Made by a program: the position numbers and the translations under genes
Shown: positions 15,001-27,471 of the stretch, piece by piece
Position numbering within the stretch: position 1 is the stretch's first letter
How the letters are laid out: the number at the start of each line of letters is the position of its first letter
IMG/VR virus record: IMGVR_UViG_3300050343_000159
DNA from: a virus
Taxonomy: Duplodnaviria; Caudoviricetes
Strand: one strand, 5' to 3'
DNA: 64,000 nucleotides
The notes under the pieces: generated by a model
The model's database searches: none
Told to the model about the DNA's origin: nothing
Seen by the model: the letters and a program-made list of their open reading frames with translations, nothing else

Positions 15001-15080
15001 ACAATGGAATAATTGGAATTTCTTCTTCTGGACTCTTGTCTAGATTTGAACCTTTGAAATATAGGGATTATACATCATAA
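3010..15080 (+). CDS. g7: Giant baseplate wedge initiator, gp7-like (about 4,000 codons; frameshifted in its 5' 7 kb)
   Basis: Lies between g6 and g8. The N-terminus (VESQFPRYVLEDFPLLPEFIKQYYKSQE; FYKSKGTDQSFKILFRALY) is typical of cyanophage g7. Nine abutting ORF pieces join with 1-2 nt shifts; the last, 10278..15080, is 1600 aa and unbroken. Recurrent NPGxGY motifs. Confidence 0.7.
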
Positions 15081-15086
15081 TAAATA
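15079..15086 (+). promoter_or_regulatory. Late promoter AATAAATA
   Basis: Overlaps the g7 stop codon, 21 nt upstream of the ATG at 15108. Confidence 0.65.
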
Positions 15087-15107
15087 CTTTTACCAAATAG
15101 AACTACC

Positions 15108-18008
15108 ATGGCCAAGTTAGGAATAAGTACTGGTTCTCAACCTAATGATGGAACAGGTGACAGTTTAATTGATGGTGCCGTTAAGGTAAACTCAAATTTT
15201 AATGAAATTTATACTACCATTGGTAATGGAACAACACTTGCAGTTCCAGTTACTAGTGTTTCGTCAGGAGCTGGAATAAGTTTAAGCGGATCAACCGGCA
15301 ATGTAACCATTAGCAATATTGGTATTGCCGATACCAATAATTTGAGAACTGATTTTCTTGAAGTAAGTGGTATTTCTACACTTAGTGGTGGTCTGACTGT
15401 TGCTGGGAGTGGTAATGTTTCCTTGGATAGTGGTAACCTTACTTTAGCATCTGGTGGAATTCATGCAGTTGGTTCATCTCAAAACCTCAATTGGGGTGGT
15501 GGTAATTTATACTTTAATTCAGGAAGTCCTGAAATTGGTTGGACCTCTGGATCTGGTAGTGTTGTAGTAGGAGCTGGGAGTGGTGCCACGATCCCAGGAC
15601 AAACCTTTAAAATTGAAGGCACAAATGCCCGTAATGATATGGCGGTATTTACGTCAGGTGGTTCAGCAGAACTTTACTACAATAACGTCAAGAAATTTGA
15701 AACTAGTGGAGTTGGTGTAACTATCACTGGAGACATTACTTGTTCTAATATTAGTGCTACTGGTAATATAGATAGCGCTAATCTTGATACTGGTACTGGT
15801 TCTCTCACACTAGGAAATGCCTCTAGTGCATTTGATATTAGTTGGAGTCCGGCAACTGGAACGAGTCCTACCATTAGATGGGCTTTGAGTGATGGTATAT
15901 CAATAATGGGTAGATATAATGGTGGTTCAGATCTTCTCGAAGATGTTAGATTTGGAACATCTGGACAACCCAGCTACTTCAAAAACTTAGTACCAAAAAG
16001 TGATTCAACTTATGACTTAGGTACAAACACCAATAGATGGGCAGCAGTTTATTCTGATGAATTTCATGGTGGTGGAGCAAATATTACTGGTATCTCAACT
16101 CTCAATATCGTTAATTATAGCGGTGGTGGCGGAGGAGGAGGATCTGATACTCTTGCTGATGTAACTTCTAGAGGTGCTACCACTAATCAAACTATTAGTT
16201 TTAGTGCTAGTAAGGGTATCTCAATGGATACTGCTTCTAATAATGATTTTCAAATTTATGGATCTAGTAATCAAAAAGCATATATTACTCACGCTCAAAA
16301 TAATGGTGGGGGAGGTGCTGGTGATTTAGTCGTCATAGCTAAAAATGGACTGCATGTATATGGTGGTACCTCAGAAACCACGGCTAATCTTGGTCTTGAG
16401 GTTGCATCTGGATCTTCTAATCTTCTTTATCAAGGTAATTCAAAACTAACCACTACTTCTGCTGGTGTAGATGTAACGGGAACCCTTAATGTTGGATCAA
16501 CTGTTATTGTGGGAACAGGTTTGAATCTGCAGTATTCAAATAATGCTTCAACAATATTGCATAATAGTACCTTAGGACAGTTTAATATTCAAAGTGTTAG
16601 TGGTGTCAATATTAAACCTGGACCTAGCCATTTCTCAGTCTATTCTAGTGATGATGTATTGAGATTTAAAGTAATACCCGATGGTGCTAACCTTTATGGT
16701 AATATTAATGTTGGTCTCGGCACCAATGTTTCTGGTTTTACATCCACCAACAGTGTTAATACGCCAGCTCTGACACTATCACACAATAATCCAACAGTTG
16801 TTAGTACAGCAGGAACCACTGGACAATTTAAACAAATTGGTGGTCAACCATATTATTATGATGGAACTACTTGGAGAGCACTATTCCTATCAGAGGCTCC
16901 AGCTACTGTTAATCAGGCAGATAGTGATTGGGATAATACGATGATTCGTATGAATTTCGATCAGGCAAACATTGGTGCCGTTACCAACTTAAAGGATGGA
17001 CGAACCCCAAATGTTGGTTTAGTTGATGTAGTCTCATCACCTGTAAAGTATGGAACAAAATCTGCAAGATTACAATCCAATAATAGTGGTATAAGCTTCT
17101 CACAGAATAATTCAGGATCTATATATTATCCTTTTGAGGGTGCTTGGACACTTGAAGGGTGGTTCTTCTTTGATGGTACTCAACTTCCAACAACCCAAAG
17201 TATTCCCAATTCTGCGATATTATTTTCAAATTTTCATCCAAATACTAACACCGGTAGCAACTGGAAACTTGGATACTACCACGCTGGCGGCGGAAGTACT
17301 ACTTACAACTTTTTTTGGAGTAATAAAAATAGTTCCGCTACTGGAGGTGGTGGGGCTGGAAATAGTACCACAGGATTTTTATTACAACAACTGAGTTCAA
17401 CCACTTTTGCCAACAACGCATGGCACCATATAGCTCTTGTAAGAGAACCTAGTAATGGATCAATTCACTTCTATTTTGATGGTACTGAAACCAGTCGTAC
17501 TTCCACTGATCAGTTAGTTGATAATGAGATTGATGATGTATCAGATCATTCTTTTAATATTGGTTACTATGGTATAACTGGCGATATAGGTCGATTTGAT
17601 GGATTAGTCGATGATGTTAGAGTTTCTAAATCAGCAAGATATACAGCCAATTTCACTCCACCGGCTGCAGCTCTTCCAATTACTGGTTCTACAACAACAG
17701 TTTATGAACCAGCTAATAGTAAGGTAGGTGAGATTTCTCTTGGTGGTTCACCGTCATGGACTGGAACTCCTGGAATTACTGCTTCACAAATAGCTGCTGG
17801 TCAATACAGAGCAACATTTGCTACCGCATATTCCAACGCCACAGATTATGTTATACAAACCAGTATGAATGATTATACACCTGCAACAACTCCTGTTGGT
17901 ATAGGTGTTAGTAGATTTGCTACACACGCTGATTTCTTTATAAGAAGAGTGAGTGATGGTGCTAATATCGATACAGGTAGTTTGGCAATTGATCTCTTCA
18001 AAAAGTAA
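15108..18008 (+). CDS. Baseplate-anchored fibre/adhesin (966 aa): gp9/gp10-like N-terminus, Gly/Ser/Thr-rich shaft, LamG/concanavalin-like domain
   Basis: N-terminal STGSQPNDGTGDSLIDGAVKVNSNFNEIY motif. LamG-like motifs WTLEGWF, WHHIALVRE, YFDG and DGLVDDVRVSKSARYTANFTPP. ORF is unbroken. Confidence 0.7.
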   Translation: MAKLGISTGSQPNDGTGDSLIDGAVKVNSNFNEIYTTIGNGTTLAVPVTSVSSGAGISLSGSTGNVTISNIGIADTNNLRTDFLEVSGISTLSGGLTVAGSGNVSLDSGNLTLASGGIHAVGSSQNLNWGGGNLYFNSGSPEIGWTSGSGSVVVGAGSGATIPGQTFKIEGTNARNDMAVFTSGGSAELYYNNVKKFETSGVGVTITGDITCSNISATGNIDSANLDTGTGSLTLGNASSAFDISWSPATGTSPTIRWALSDGISIMGRYNGGSDLLEDVRFGTSGQPSYFKNLVPKSDSTYDLGTNTNRWAAVYSDEFHGGGANITGISTLNIVNYSGGGGGGGSDTLADVTSRGATTNQTISFSASKGISMDTASNNDFQIYGSSNQKAYITHAQNNGGGGAGDLVVIAKNGLHVYGGTSETTANLGLEVASGSSNLLYQGNSKLTTTSAGVDVTGTLNVGSTVIVGTGLNLQYSNNASTILHNSTLGQFNIQSVSGVNIKPGPSHFSVYSSDDVLRFKVIPDGANLYGNINVGLGTNVSGFTSTNSVNTPALTLSHNNPTVVSTAGTTGQFKQIGGQPYYYDGTTWRALFLSEAPATVNQADSDWDNTMIRMNFDQANIGAVTNLKDGRTPNVGLVDVVSSPVKYGTKSARLQSNNSGISFSQNNSGSIYYPFEGAWTLEGWFFFDGTQLPTTQSIPNSAILFSNFHPNTNTGSNWKLGYYHAGGGSTTYNFFWSNKNSSATGGGGAGNSTTGFLLQQLSSTTFANNAWHHIALVREPSNGSIHFYFDGTETSRTSTDQLVDNEIDDVSDHSFNIGYYGITGDIGRFDGLVDDVRVSKSARYTANFTPPAAALPITGSTTTVYEPANSKVGEISLGGSPSWTGTPGITASQIAAGQYRATFATAYSNATDYVIQTSMNDYTPATTPVGIGVSRFATHADFFIRRVSDGANIDTGSLAIDLFKK

Positions 18009-18019
18009 TCTTTTTCCAC

Positions 18020-18027
18020 GATAAATA
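18020..18027 (+). promoter_or_regulatory. Late promoter GATAAATA upstream of g8
   Basis: Consensus NATAAATA in the intergenic gap, 18 nt before the ATG. Confidence 0.65.
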
Positions 18028-18045
18028 ACAAAAAGTCCTCCCAAA

Positions 18046-19602
18046 ATGGCTGCAATAATTACTGATCAACTTCGTATCTTAAATGCGAAGAATTTTGTGG
18101 CTGGTGTTCAGACCAGCTCTAATTCTTACTACGCGTTTATTGGACTTCCTAACCCAGAAGATTATCAATCTGATTGGGATACTAGTCCCCCTGCTCCGAA
18201 GGATAGTTTGGATCAGGCTAATGATTATTGGGATACAATGTTGGCGATGAAGAAGATTAACTCTTCTGATGTCAGTCAGGTTGTGAGAAAAATTCAGTGG
18301 GCTTCAGGTATCACTTATGATATGTGGAGAAGTGATATCACTCGTAATAACCCATCACAACCATCTGGTTCGTTTGATATCTACTCAGCAAACTACTATG
18401 TTATGAACTCTGACTTCAGAGTTTATATCTGTTTGTATAATAACGCCACTCCAGAAAATAACTTTGTGGGTGGACCTTCATTGGATGAACCAACATTCAC
18501 CGATCTGGAACCTAGGGAGGCAGGTAACAGTGGTGATGGTTATATTTGGAAGTATCTGTATACAATCAAACCAAGTCAAGCTATTAAGTTTGATTCTACT
18601 AACTACATTCCTGTTCCTAATAACTGGGAAACAAGCACAGATGATACACCTGTAAGACAAAACGCATCATCGAGTGGCCAACTCAAAGTTGTAACGATTA
18701 AAAATCGTGGTGTTGGTATGGGAACTGCCAACTCAACATATACAAGAGTTCCTATTCTTGGTGATGGATTTGGTGCAGAAGCAACTATCGTTATTAATAA
18801 TGATTCTAAAGTTGAAACTATCACTGTATCAAAAGGTGGAGAAGGATATTCGTATGGAACTGTTGATCTGATAGCAGGCAATGTTCCTACTGGAACAACT
18901 TCACCAATATTTAATGTTATTGTTCCTCCAACAGGTGGTCATGGGTCTGATATCTATCGTGAGTTGGGTGCATACAATGTACTTACATATGCTAGATTTG
19001 AGAATGATACTGAGAACCCTGATTTCATCACGGGTAACCAGTTTGCTCGTGTTGGAATGATTGAGAATCCAACATCATACAACTCATCTTCAATCCTAAC
19101 ACTTGATAAGGCTAGTGCAGTTTATGCATTAAGACTTAGTGGTATTGGATATAGTTCGGCGGTATTTACAGCTGACTCAACTATCACACAAACTGTTGGA
19201 CTTGGTTCTACAGCTGTTGGTAGAGTTGTGTCATATGATCAAGTTACTGGTGTTCTGAAGTATTGGCAGGATAGAACAAACTCAGGTTTTAGTTCTGACG
19301 GTACTCTTGATGCATCTCCAGTTTATGGATTTAGATCAAACAAATTTACCTCTAGTATCACAGGTGGTGGTAGTCTCGCCATTACTGGTGGTTCAGTTAG
19401 TTTGGGTATTAACACCGCATTCCAAGGTGTGTCAACGGTTCTAAATAGTCGTACCTACTATCTGGGTCAGAATTTCGTAAATGGGTTAGCAAATCCAGAG
19501 AGTCAAAAGTTCTCAGGTGACATCATTTACGTTGATAACAGACCTTCAGTTACGAGGTCTTCATCACAGAAAGAAGACGTTAAAATTATCTTGCAGTTCT
19601 AA
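18046..19602 (+). CDS. g8: Baseplate wedge subunit gp8
   Basis: MAAIITDQLRILNAKNFV, YWDTMLAMKKI and GDGYIWKYLYTI motifs; position in the wedge module. Confidence 0.85.
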   Translation: MAAIITDQLRILNAKNFVAGVQTSSNSYYAFIGLPNPEDYQSDWDTSPPAPKDSLDQANDYWDTMLAMKKINSSDVSQVVRKIQWASGITYDMWRSDITRNNPSQPSGSFDIYSANYYVMNSDFRVYICLYNNATPENNFVGGPSLDEPTFTDLEPREAGNSGDGYIWKYLYTIKPSQAIKFDSTNYIPVPNNWETSTDDTPVRQNASSSGQLKVVTIKNRGVGMGTANSTYTRVPILGDGFGAEATIVINNDSKVETITVSKGGEGYSYGTVDLIAGNVPTGTTSPIFNVIVPPTGGHGSDIYRELGAYNVLTYARFENDTENPDFITGNQFARVGMIENPTSYNSSSILTLDKASAVYALRLSGIGYSSAVFTADSTITQTVGLGSTAVGRVVSYDQVTGVLKYWQDRTNSGFSSDGTLDASPVYGFRSNKFTSSITGGGSLAITGGSVSLGINTAFQGVSTVLNSRTYYLGQNFVNGLANPESQKFSGDIIYVDNRPSVTRSSSQKEDVKIILQF

Positions 19603-19608
19603 GAAATC

Positions 19609-22600
19609 ATGCCCCAGGAAACTAATCTTAATGTAGCTCCTTATTTTGACGACTTTGATCCGCAAAGTAACTACTATAAGGTTCTATTCAAACCAGCATA
19701 CCCAGTTCAAGCTAGAGAGCTGAACAATCTTCAATCGATTCTTCAGAATCAGGTTGAGGATATGGGTCAGCACTTCTTTAAAGAAGGTGCTAAAGTTATT
19801 CCAGGACAATTATCATACCTGAGTAGTTATTATGCTATTCAGATTGAACCTGAGTATCTTGGTGTTCCTGTTTCATTATATCTAGATCAACTTGTTGGTA
19901 AGTTGATTGTTGGACAACAATCTGGTGTAACTGGAAGAGTAAGTTCATATATTACAAACGAAGAATCAGAGAGAGGAAACTATACTCTCTATGTTGACTA
20001 CTTTGAGTCGTCAACAACTGATGCTGCAACACAAACATTCTTTGATGATGAAGTTCTCGTAACCACAGAGAATATCACTTTTGCAACTACCTTCATTGGG
20101 GCTAATGAAGGTTTTGCTAAGGCATTGACCATAAATGCTAATGCCACTGGTAGTGCATTTGCACTGAGTAATGGTGTATATTTCCTAAGAGGACACTTTG
20201 TAGATGTATTTGATCAAATTCTGATTCTTGATCAATATAATAACAAACCAACTTATAGAATTGGTTTAAGTGTTACTGAGAGTATTGTATCTTCTGATGA
20301 GGATCCTACACTAACAGATAACGCACAAGGATTTAATAACTATACAGCACCAGGTGCTGATAGATTTAAGATTTCTGCACACTTTTCAAAAAAGGATCTG
20401 ATGATTATGATGATCAGAACTTTGTTCAATTGGCTGAAGTTCAGAATGGTATTCTGAGAGAAATTAATAGTGGAACAGATTATAACATTCTGGGTGATGA
20501 ATTAGCTAGAAGAACATTTGATGAATCTGGTCATTATTATGTTCGTGACTTCCTTGACCACCGTTCATAATAGTTTGAACAATGGATATGGAAACAGAGG
20601 AATTTATAATCCAGGACAGGTAACACTCAAGGTAATACTCCTAGTGATGATTTGGGTATCTACAAGATTATCACCTGGTAAGGCTTATGTGAGAGGATAT
20701 GAGGTAGAAGTTAGAGGACCATCTTTCCTTGATTTTGAGAAACCAAGAACTACCAAACTCAAAGAAAGTAGTTCCATTCAGTTCTCCTTTGGTCCTTCAT
20801 TCCAAGTCAATAGAGCCTTTGGTTCTCCTGTTCTTGGGTTTGATACTGGCAATGTTATCAGTCTCAGAGATACTAGAGTTGGAGATGACCCCACGGTTAC
20901 TCCTGGTAAAGAGATTGGTGTTGCTAGATTCTACGATGCAGCTCTAGAATCTGGTTCATATGACAATGTATATCCTAATACCAATAGATGGGATGTATCC
21001 CTCTTTGATATGCAGGTTTATACTGAATTGGAACTCAATGAGGCTGCAACTTTAACCACTCCAACCTTCATTGAAGGCAAGTCTAGTGGTGCAACAGCTT
21101 ATTTGAGACATCCTATCAGTGCTGGAACAGCTCTTACCGCATATTGTGTTCAGGGTGACTTCTTCAATGGTGAAAAACTAGAATTTAATGGTGTTTCTGA
21201 TAATTCTAGAAGTGCAGTAGATGTTCATAACTTTGAAATCTCTGATGTTCAGTCACTTTATACACTTGTAGGTGCTGCTGGTACATATACAGCTGATATT
21301 ATTCCTCAGGTAAGTGAAGTAATTGGTATTGCATCAATCACAGCTCACCATAGTGGTATTTCGACCATAAATTCACCAGGAACAGCATGGCCTGGTATTG
21401 TTACTACTGGAAATCTTGTTCAGTTCTCTATTCCAACTAATGATTTCCCAAGTTTGGCTAGAGTTACACAGGTAAATACCAATTCTATCCAAGTTAGTGG
21501 TGTTACTACTATTACGGCTTATCGTGAAGGTGGTCTTCCTACGACTGCCGTTCAAGTTACTGACTTTTCTGTTGTTAAAGAGTGGTCTTCAGAGAACAAG
21601 TGGAGGAAATTCAGCTGATAATGAGTCACTCTTCAGCTTGATGCCTCATTTGAACCTTGAATCCACTAATCTGGATAATGCAAACCTTGTTATTAGAAAG
21701 GGATTCAGTGTAAATATCACAAATAACTCAACTGGAGCTATTGCGGCTGGTGCAAATGAAGTATTCTTACCTTTTGATGAAGAAAGATATACTTTAGTTC
21801 GTTCTGATGGTTCTATTGAAGTACTAACTCAAGATAGATTCGTATTTCCTCTGGTTTAACTCAACTTACGATTAATGGGTTGGGTTCTAATGATACTGGA
21901 GCTCAACTAACAGCTACTTTGAGAAAATCGAAGGTAAAGGCAAAGGTAAAATCCAAAAAAGAAGCTCAATCTGTCGTTATCTCAAAATCTAGGCAATCTG
22001 GTTCTGGAACTAACACTAATACTCTTAATGATGGACTAACTTATGGTAATTTCCATTTGGAACTAGAGTTCAAGACTCTATCATCTCTTTGGGTGTTCCT
22101 GATGTTATGATTCTTTATGGTGTATTTGAATCACTGGACGGAAATGATCCAGAAGCACCAAGTATGACAACTGCGTCACTTGATGGTCCAAATAATACAA
22201 CAAATGATCTTATTATTGGTGAAGAATTTGTTGGTAGTATTAGTGGAGCTAGAGCTAAGTATATTACTAAGAAATCCGATACAAGTATTAACTTTATCTA
22301 CGAAAATACCTCAAAATTTGAAACTGGTGAAATTATTAACTTTATTGATTCTGGTGTAAGTGCTATTGTATGCAATTTGGCTCTCAACAGTACAAATGTT
22401 ACCAAAAACTTCAAATTCCAAAGTGGACAGAGAAGTACAATTTATGATTTCTCAAGAATCGTAAGAAAAGAAGAAAGTGCAGTTCCTACAAGAAGATTAA
22501 GAGCATATTATCTCTCAGCTGAGTATGATCCATCAGATACTGGTGATATTACTTTGGTTGATTCATATAATTCTTTTAATTATGGTAATGAAGTTCACAT

Positions 22601-25600
22601 CATTCCAAGGTGAGAGAACAACAGACATGATTGATGCCAGACCAAGAGTATCTAAAGACTCTAGTGGTGTTGGTGGATAGATCTCCTCTAGAATTCTATG
22701 GTAGAAACTTCAATGGTGGACAACATAGTTCAACTAATGTGATTGCTTCTGATGAATCTATTTCTTTGATTATAACTTCTACTTGGGCAGAATCGATAGA
22801 ATTTATCTTGATAAAGATGGTAAGTTGACCATCAAGAAAGGAGCTCCTGCTGATAATCCTTCACCTCCTGATGAAGTATCAGGTGCGATGAATCTGGCTA
22901 ATGTTTATCTTTCACCATATCTTTATACCCTCAAGCACGCAAAACTACTTTCATTCAACATAAGAGATATCAGATGTCTGATATCGCTAAGATTGAGATG
23001 AGGGTTAAGAACCTTGAATATTACACCTCACTGAATCAACTGGAAAGTGCAACTATTAACCAGTTTGTTCCAGATGCTAATGGTTTGAACAGATTTAAGT
23101 CTGGTGTATTTGTCGATAACTTCACAAGTCTTGAAGCTCAAGATACTACAGTTGGTGTTAGAAATAGTGTTGATAGAAAGAATAAGATTCTTAGACCTTC
23201 TCACTTTACTACAGCTCTTAATCTAGAACTTGGTAATACTACAATTGCTGGTATTGGTACAACTAATGCACCAAATCAGGATGTTAGATTTGCTGATATT
23301 CTTGGAACGAATGTAAAGAGATCTGGTCAGATGATCACTCTTGATTACACTGAAACTTCTTGGTTGAGACAACCCTTCGCTACTAGAGTTGAGAGTGTTA
23401 CTCCTTTCCTTGGTCAAGTTCTGGGAAGGTTCATTGAGATTTGAACCTGATGTTGATGTCTGGATTGATGTTAACAGAATGGAACTTCGTGATGTTCTTC
23501 AAGAAGGTTCATTCTTGGGTGTTGCTGAATCACTTGGAGCTGAAGTTACAACAGCATGCTGATGGTTCAAGATCTGGTCTTTCTCCGGTTATCTGGCAGT
23601 CATGGGAAACCATGGGTGTTGATGTAAGTTTTGATCTGGGTTCTTCACAATCCACAGAACATCTACTTCTGCATTCCAGAAAAGGAACTGCAGATGAATT
23701 CACGATCTATGTTTAAGGGTGGCAACAGAAGAGCAGCATAATAGACAGTCATGGAGAAGAAGAGGCATGGTAGAGTTCCTAGAGGTTTCGAAGTAGAAGA
23801 AGAAAGCACTACAACTACAACTACAATCACCGGTACAGTTGGTGTTGATTTAAGTCAACAGAGAAAGGGTAAACAACATACTGTTAATGAACAGATTGAT
23901 ACTGAATCACTTGGTGATCGTATCGTATCTCGTGAAGTTATTCAGTTCATGAGAGCTCGTAATATTGAGTTTACATCTACTAGATTGAAACCTTTCACTG
24001 AAGTATATCCATTCTTTGATAATGTAGATGTCGCAAGGTTCTGTATGCCTAAGTTGGTAGAGATTGAAATGATCTCTGGAACTTTCCAGGTAGAAGAAGC
24101 TAGTTGCTGGTATTATGCCATCTGAAGAGAATACTGAGGATGATGAAGAGTCTACAAGAGCAGCAATCGTAGCAAGAGTTGCTACTACAAACCATAAGTA
24201 TGGTCCATACAATAGACCAACTGATATCTTTGAAAGAAACCCATATAACAGAGATGAGAGAATTCCTGAAACATATTCTGAAACTTCTACAGTTCTGAAT
24301 ATTGATACTTTCAGTTTGGCTGATGATGCAAATCCCGAGTTTGCAGGATTTGTCGCACCTAACATGATTCTGAGAGGAGTTAATAGTAACGCTGAAGCTA
24401 GAGTTACTGCAGTTAGATTGATTGGTGATCGTTTGGGAACACTGATTGGTAACTTTCAGAGTTCCAGCTTCTAGTGATCCAGCTAACCCAATCTTTGAAA
24501 CTGGTAGATCCAGATTGAGACTGAGTAGTTCACCTATTGATAGTCGTGTTCCTGGTGTCATCACAACCGCAGCAGAAGAGATCTTCTACTCACAAGGTGA
24601 TATGGACAATACTCAGGAAGTTACACTTTCTCTGAGAAATGCTAGAGTTGAAACTGATGATAGTTTCCTCGAAACTAGAACTATTGGTGATTCTGCTACT
24701 GCATCTACATCATTTACCACTGGTGGAGGTCAGACTGGTGAAAGTAGATTGACTGGTGAGTATACTGACCCTCTTGCACAATCCTTCATTGTTGATGATC
24801 CAACTGGTATTTATCTTGACTAGTATGGATATCTACTTTGAGAGAGTTCCCAACAGATGATAGTACTCCTGTTACTGTTCAAATTCGTGAAGTTGAACTT
24901 GGTACTCCTTCTCAAAGAATCTTGGCATACTCTGAAGTATCTAAAGGTCCAGAAGAAATTACAGTATCTAATGACGCTAGTGTTGCTACTAAGTTCACAT
25001 TTGAATCTCCTGTTTATCTGAATGGACAGAGAGAATATGCAATGATCATTCTTTCTAACTCCACAGAATACGCTGTATGGATCTCTAGACTCGGTGAGTC
25101 TGATGTATCTACACTGGGTAGAGAAGAAGGACAAGTCCTTGTTTCTACACAGAGACTTCTGGGTTCATTGTATAAGTCACAGAACGCTTCTGTATGGACA
25201 CCTTCACAGTATGAAGATCTTACCTTCAACTGTTTAGAGCTGACTTTGTTCCTAATGGTTCTGTTCAGTTCTTCAACCCACCATCTCCAGCTGAATATGA
25301 GGTAATGAGACCTAATCCACTCACGATGACTTCAAACACCGTCAGAGTTGGACTGGGAACTACTGTTACAGATACTGGTATTGCTGATGGTAACTTGATT
25401 ACACAGGTTGGTAGTGAGGCTAGTGGTAGATTTGTTGGATTAGCTGGTTCAGTTACTAGTACACTAACACTCACAAATGTTGGTACTGGTTTCACTCCAT
25501 CTAGTGCATATTACACCTTTACTGGTATAGCACTTACTAGTTTGACCGGTAATGGTATTAACGCAACCGCAGACATTACGATTCAAAATGGTGTAGCTAT

Positions 25601-27231
25601 TGGAGCTACCATTGTTAATGGTGGTAAAGGATATGCACTTGGTGATATTCTACAACCTATCAGTATTGGCAATCTTTCACTTGGTGAAGGTATGAAACTT
25701 TCTGTAAATGATATTTACGGAGAGAATGAGTTAGTTATTGAGGGTGTTCAGGGTACATTCTCTACTGGAGCATCCAATACTCTTCTTTATACTAACAATA
25801 GTGGTGTAACTACGGCTCTCAATCATCCTGGAGTTGTTGCAATCCAGTATCACCTATTAGAGAAGTTAGTGATGGTCTTCACTTTGATGTATTCCACAGA
25901 AACCACGGGATGCACGCAACTGGTAACGTTGTAACTCTAAGTGGAATGAATACGAAGACAAAACCAACTACACTAACTGCTGAGTATTCACTCACAGCTA
26001 CTACGGCTATCTCAATTGCTAGTTCTATCTCCCCAACCAACTTCGGTGAGTTTGAGGGTATTGGAGTTGGGGCAACTAACCCTGGATATGTGAAGATTGG
26101 TAGTGAGGTTATCAAGTATACTGGAGTGGCTGGAAACACCCTCACAGGTATCACTAGAGGTATCGATACCACACAGGTTGGTAGACACACTGTAAACAAC
26201 CTTGTTTATAAGTATGAACTCAATGGTGTGTCACTGAGAAGAATCAACAGAACTCACAACCTCAACGAAACTACCAATAACGAAAGAATCACTCTTGATA
26301 CTTATCCTGTTAAGATTGATATGAGTGATACAATGTTGGAGTAGATCGTAGTGGAAGTGGATTGAAAAAACTCTTCTTCAATGAAACTATTGAAGGTGGT
26401 GGTCCTAGAGGAAAGGCAACATACAATGTTCCTTTTGAGATGATTATTCCTCAGATCAATACCATGGAACCAACAGGTACCAATATTGCACCTTCTGTTA
26501 GAACTACTAGTGGAACAAGTGTATCTGGTAGTGAACCATCATTCGTTGATAAAGGATTTGAGGAAGTTTCACTGAGACAGGAAAACTTCTTCCCAGAACC
26601 AAGAATTGTGGCTTCTGGTGTTAATGAAAATCTTTATCTGGATGAACTTCCTGGTAATAAGTCATTCACAATGAACTTGGATCTAATCACTGATGATACA
26701 AGAATTTCACCAGCTGTTGATCTTAATCAAGCTTCTGTCATCTTTACTACAAATAGAATTGATGAACCCATTTCAGATTACGCTACTGATCCTAGAGTCA
26801 ATTCTACAAAGAATGATCCTAATAGATTCTTCTATGTGACTAAGAATGTGGCTCTTGAAAATCCAGCATCGGCTTTACAAATCTTCTTGGATGGATATGT
26901 TCCACAAGGTGCAGATTTGAGATGTTTCTATTCTTTGAATCAAGATGGACCTGTTGATGATGTAATCTTTGTTCCTTTCCCTGGTTTTGGAAACTTTAAT
27001 CCAAATGGAACTATTCTAAGTCAAGGAAATAGTAATGGAGCTCCCGATCTAGATGTACCTAAAGTTGATGTCTTTACACCTAAACCTAATCTGAATCAAT
27101 ACAGAGAATACAAGTTTAGTGTAGATCAACTACCAGCTTTCAAGTCATTTAGAATTAAGGTAATTGGTTCTTCTACGAATCAGGCAACTGTTCCAATGAT
27201 TAGAAACTTCAGAGCGATTTCACTAGCATAA
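19609..27231 (+). CDS. Large virion structural protein, DUF4815/VrlC-like (about 2,500 codons; many apparent frameshifts)
   Basis: N-terminus PYFDDFD...YYKVLFKPAYPVQARELNNLQSILQNQ, internal NRFKSGVFVDNF and TDPLAQSF, C-terminus PMIRNFRAISLA. About 15 abutting ORF pieces on one strand. Confidence 0.7.
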
Positions 27232-27452
27232 TGAGTAAGATTCCGGTCAAAGATCATAGAAATCTGTATCGCGATGGTTCTTCAACGGCCATCGTGAATA
27301 CAGATAGTGTAGGATATCAAGCCTATGTTGCAAACAGAGAGAAACTTCTCACTGATAAACAGAGAATTGATAACTTAGAAACTAAAGTAGAAGAGATCAA
27401 AGGTGATCTCACAGATATTAAGAATCTACTGGTTCAACTAGTAGATAAATAG
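27231..27452 (+). CDS. Small conserved protein (73 aa) with C-terminal coiled coil, upstream of g13
   Basis: ATG overlaps the upstream TAA. Heptad pattern in QRIDNLETKVEEIKGDLTDIKNLLVQL. Confidence 0.75.
   Translation: MSKIPVKDHRNLYRDGSSTAIVNTDSVGYQAYVANREKLLTDKQRIDNLETKVEEIKGDLTDIKNLLVQLVDK
27444..27451 (+). promoter_or_regulatory. Late promoter GATAAATA upstream of g13
   Basis: Embedded in the GAT AAA TAG end of the upstream ORF. Confidence 0.6.
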
Positions 27453-27471
27453 AAAAAAAGTTGTTTAAATA

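Noticed and set aside
912-27231. Treating the many short plus-strand ORFs in g6, g7 and the DUF4815 gene as separate genes or as pseudogenes
   Set aside because: Adjacent pieces continue the same conserved protein after 1-2 nt shifts and lack their own SD or promoter. These are essential virion genes, so sequencing error is the simpler explanation.
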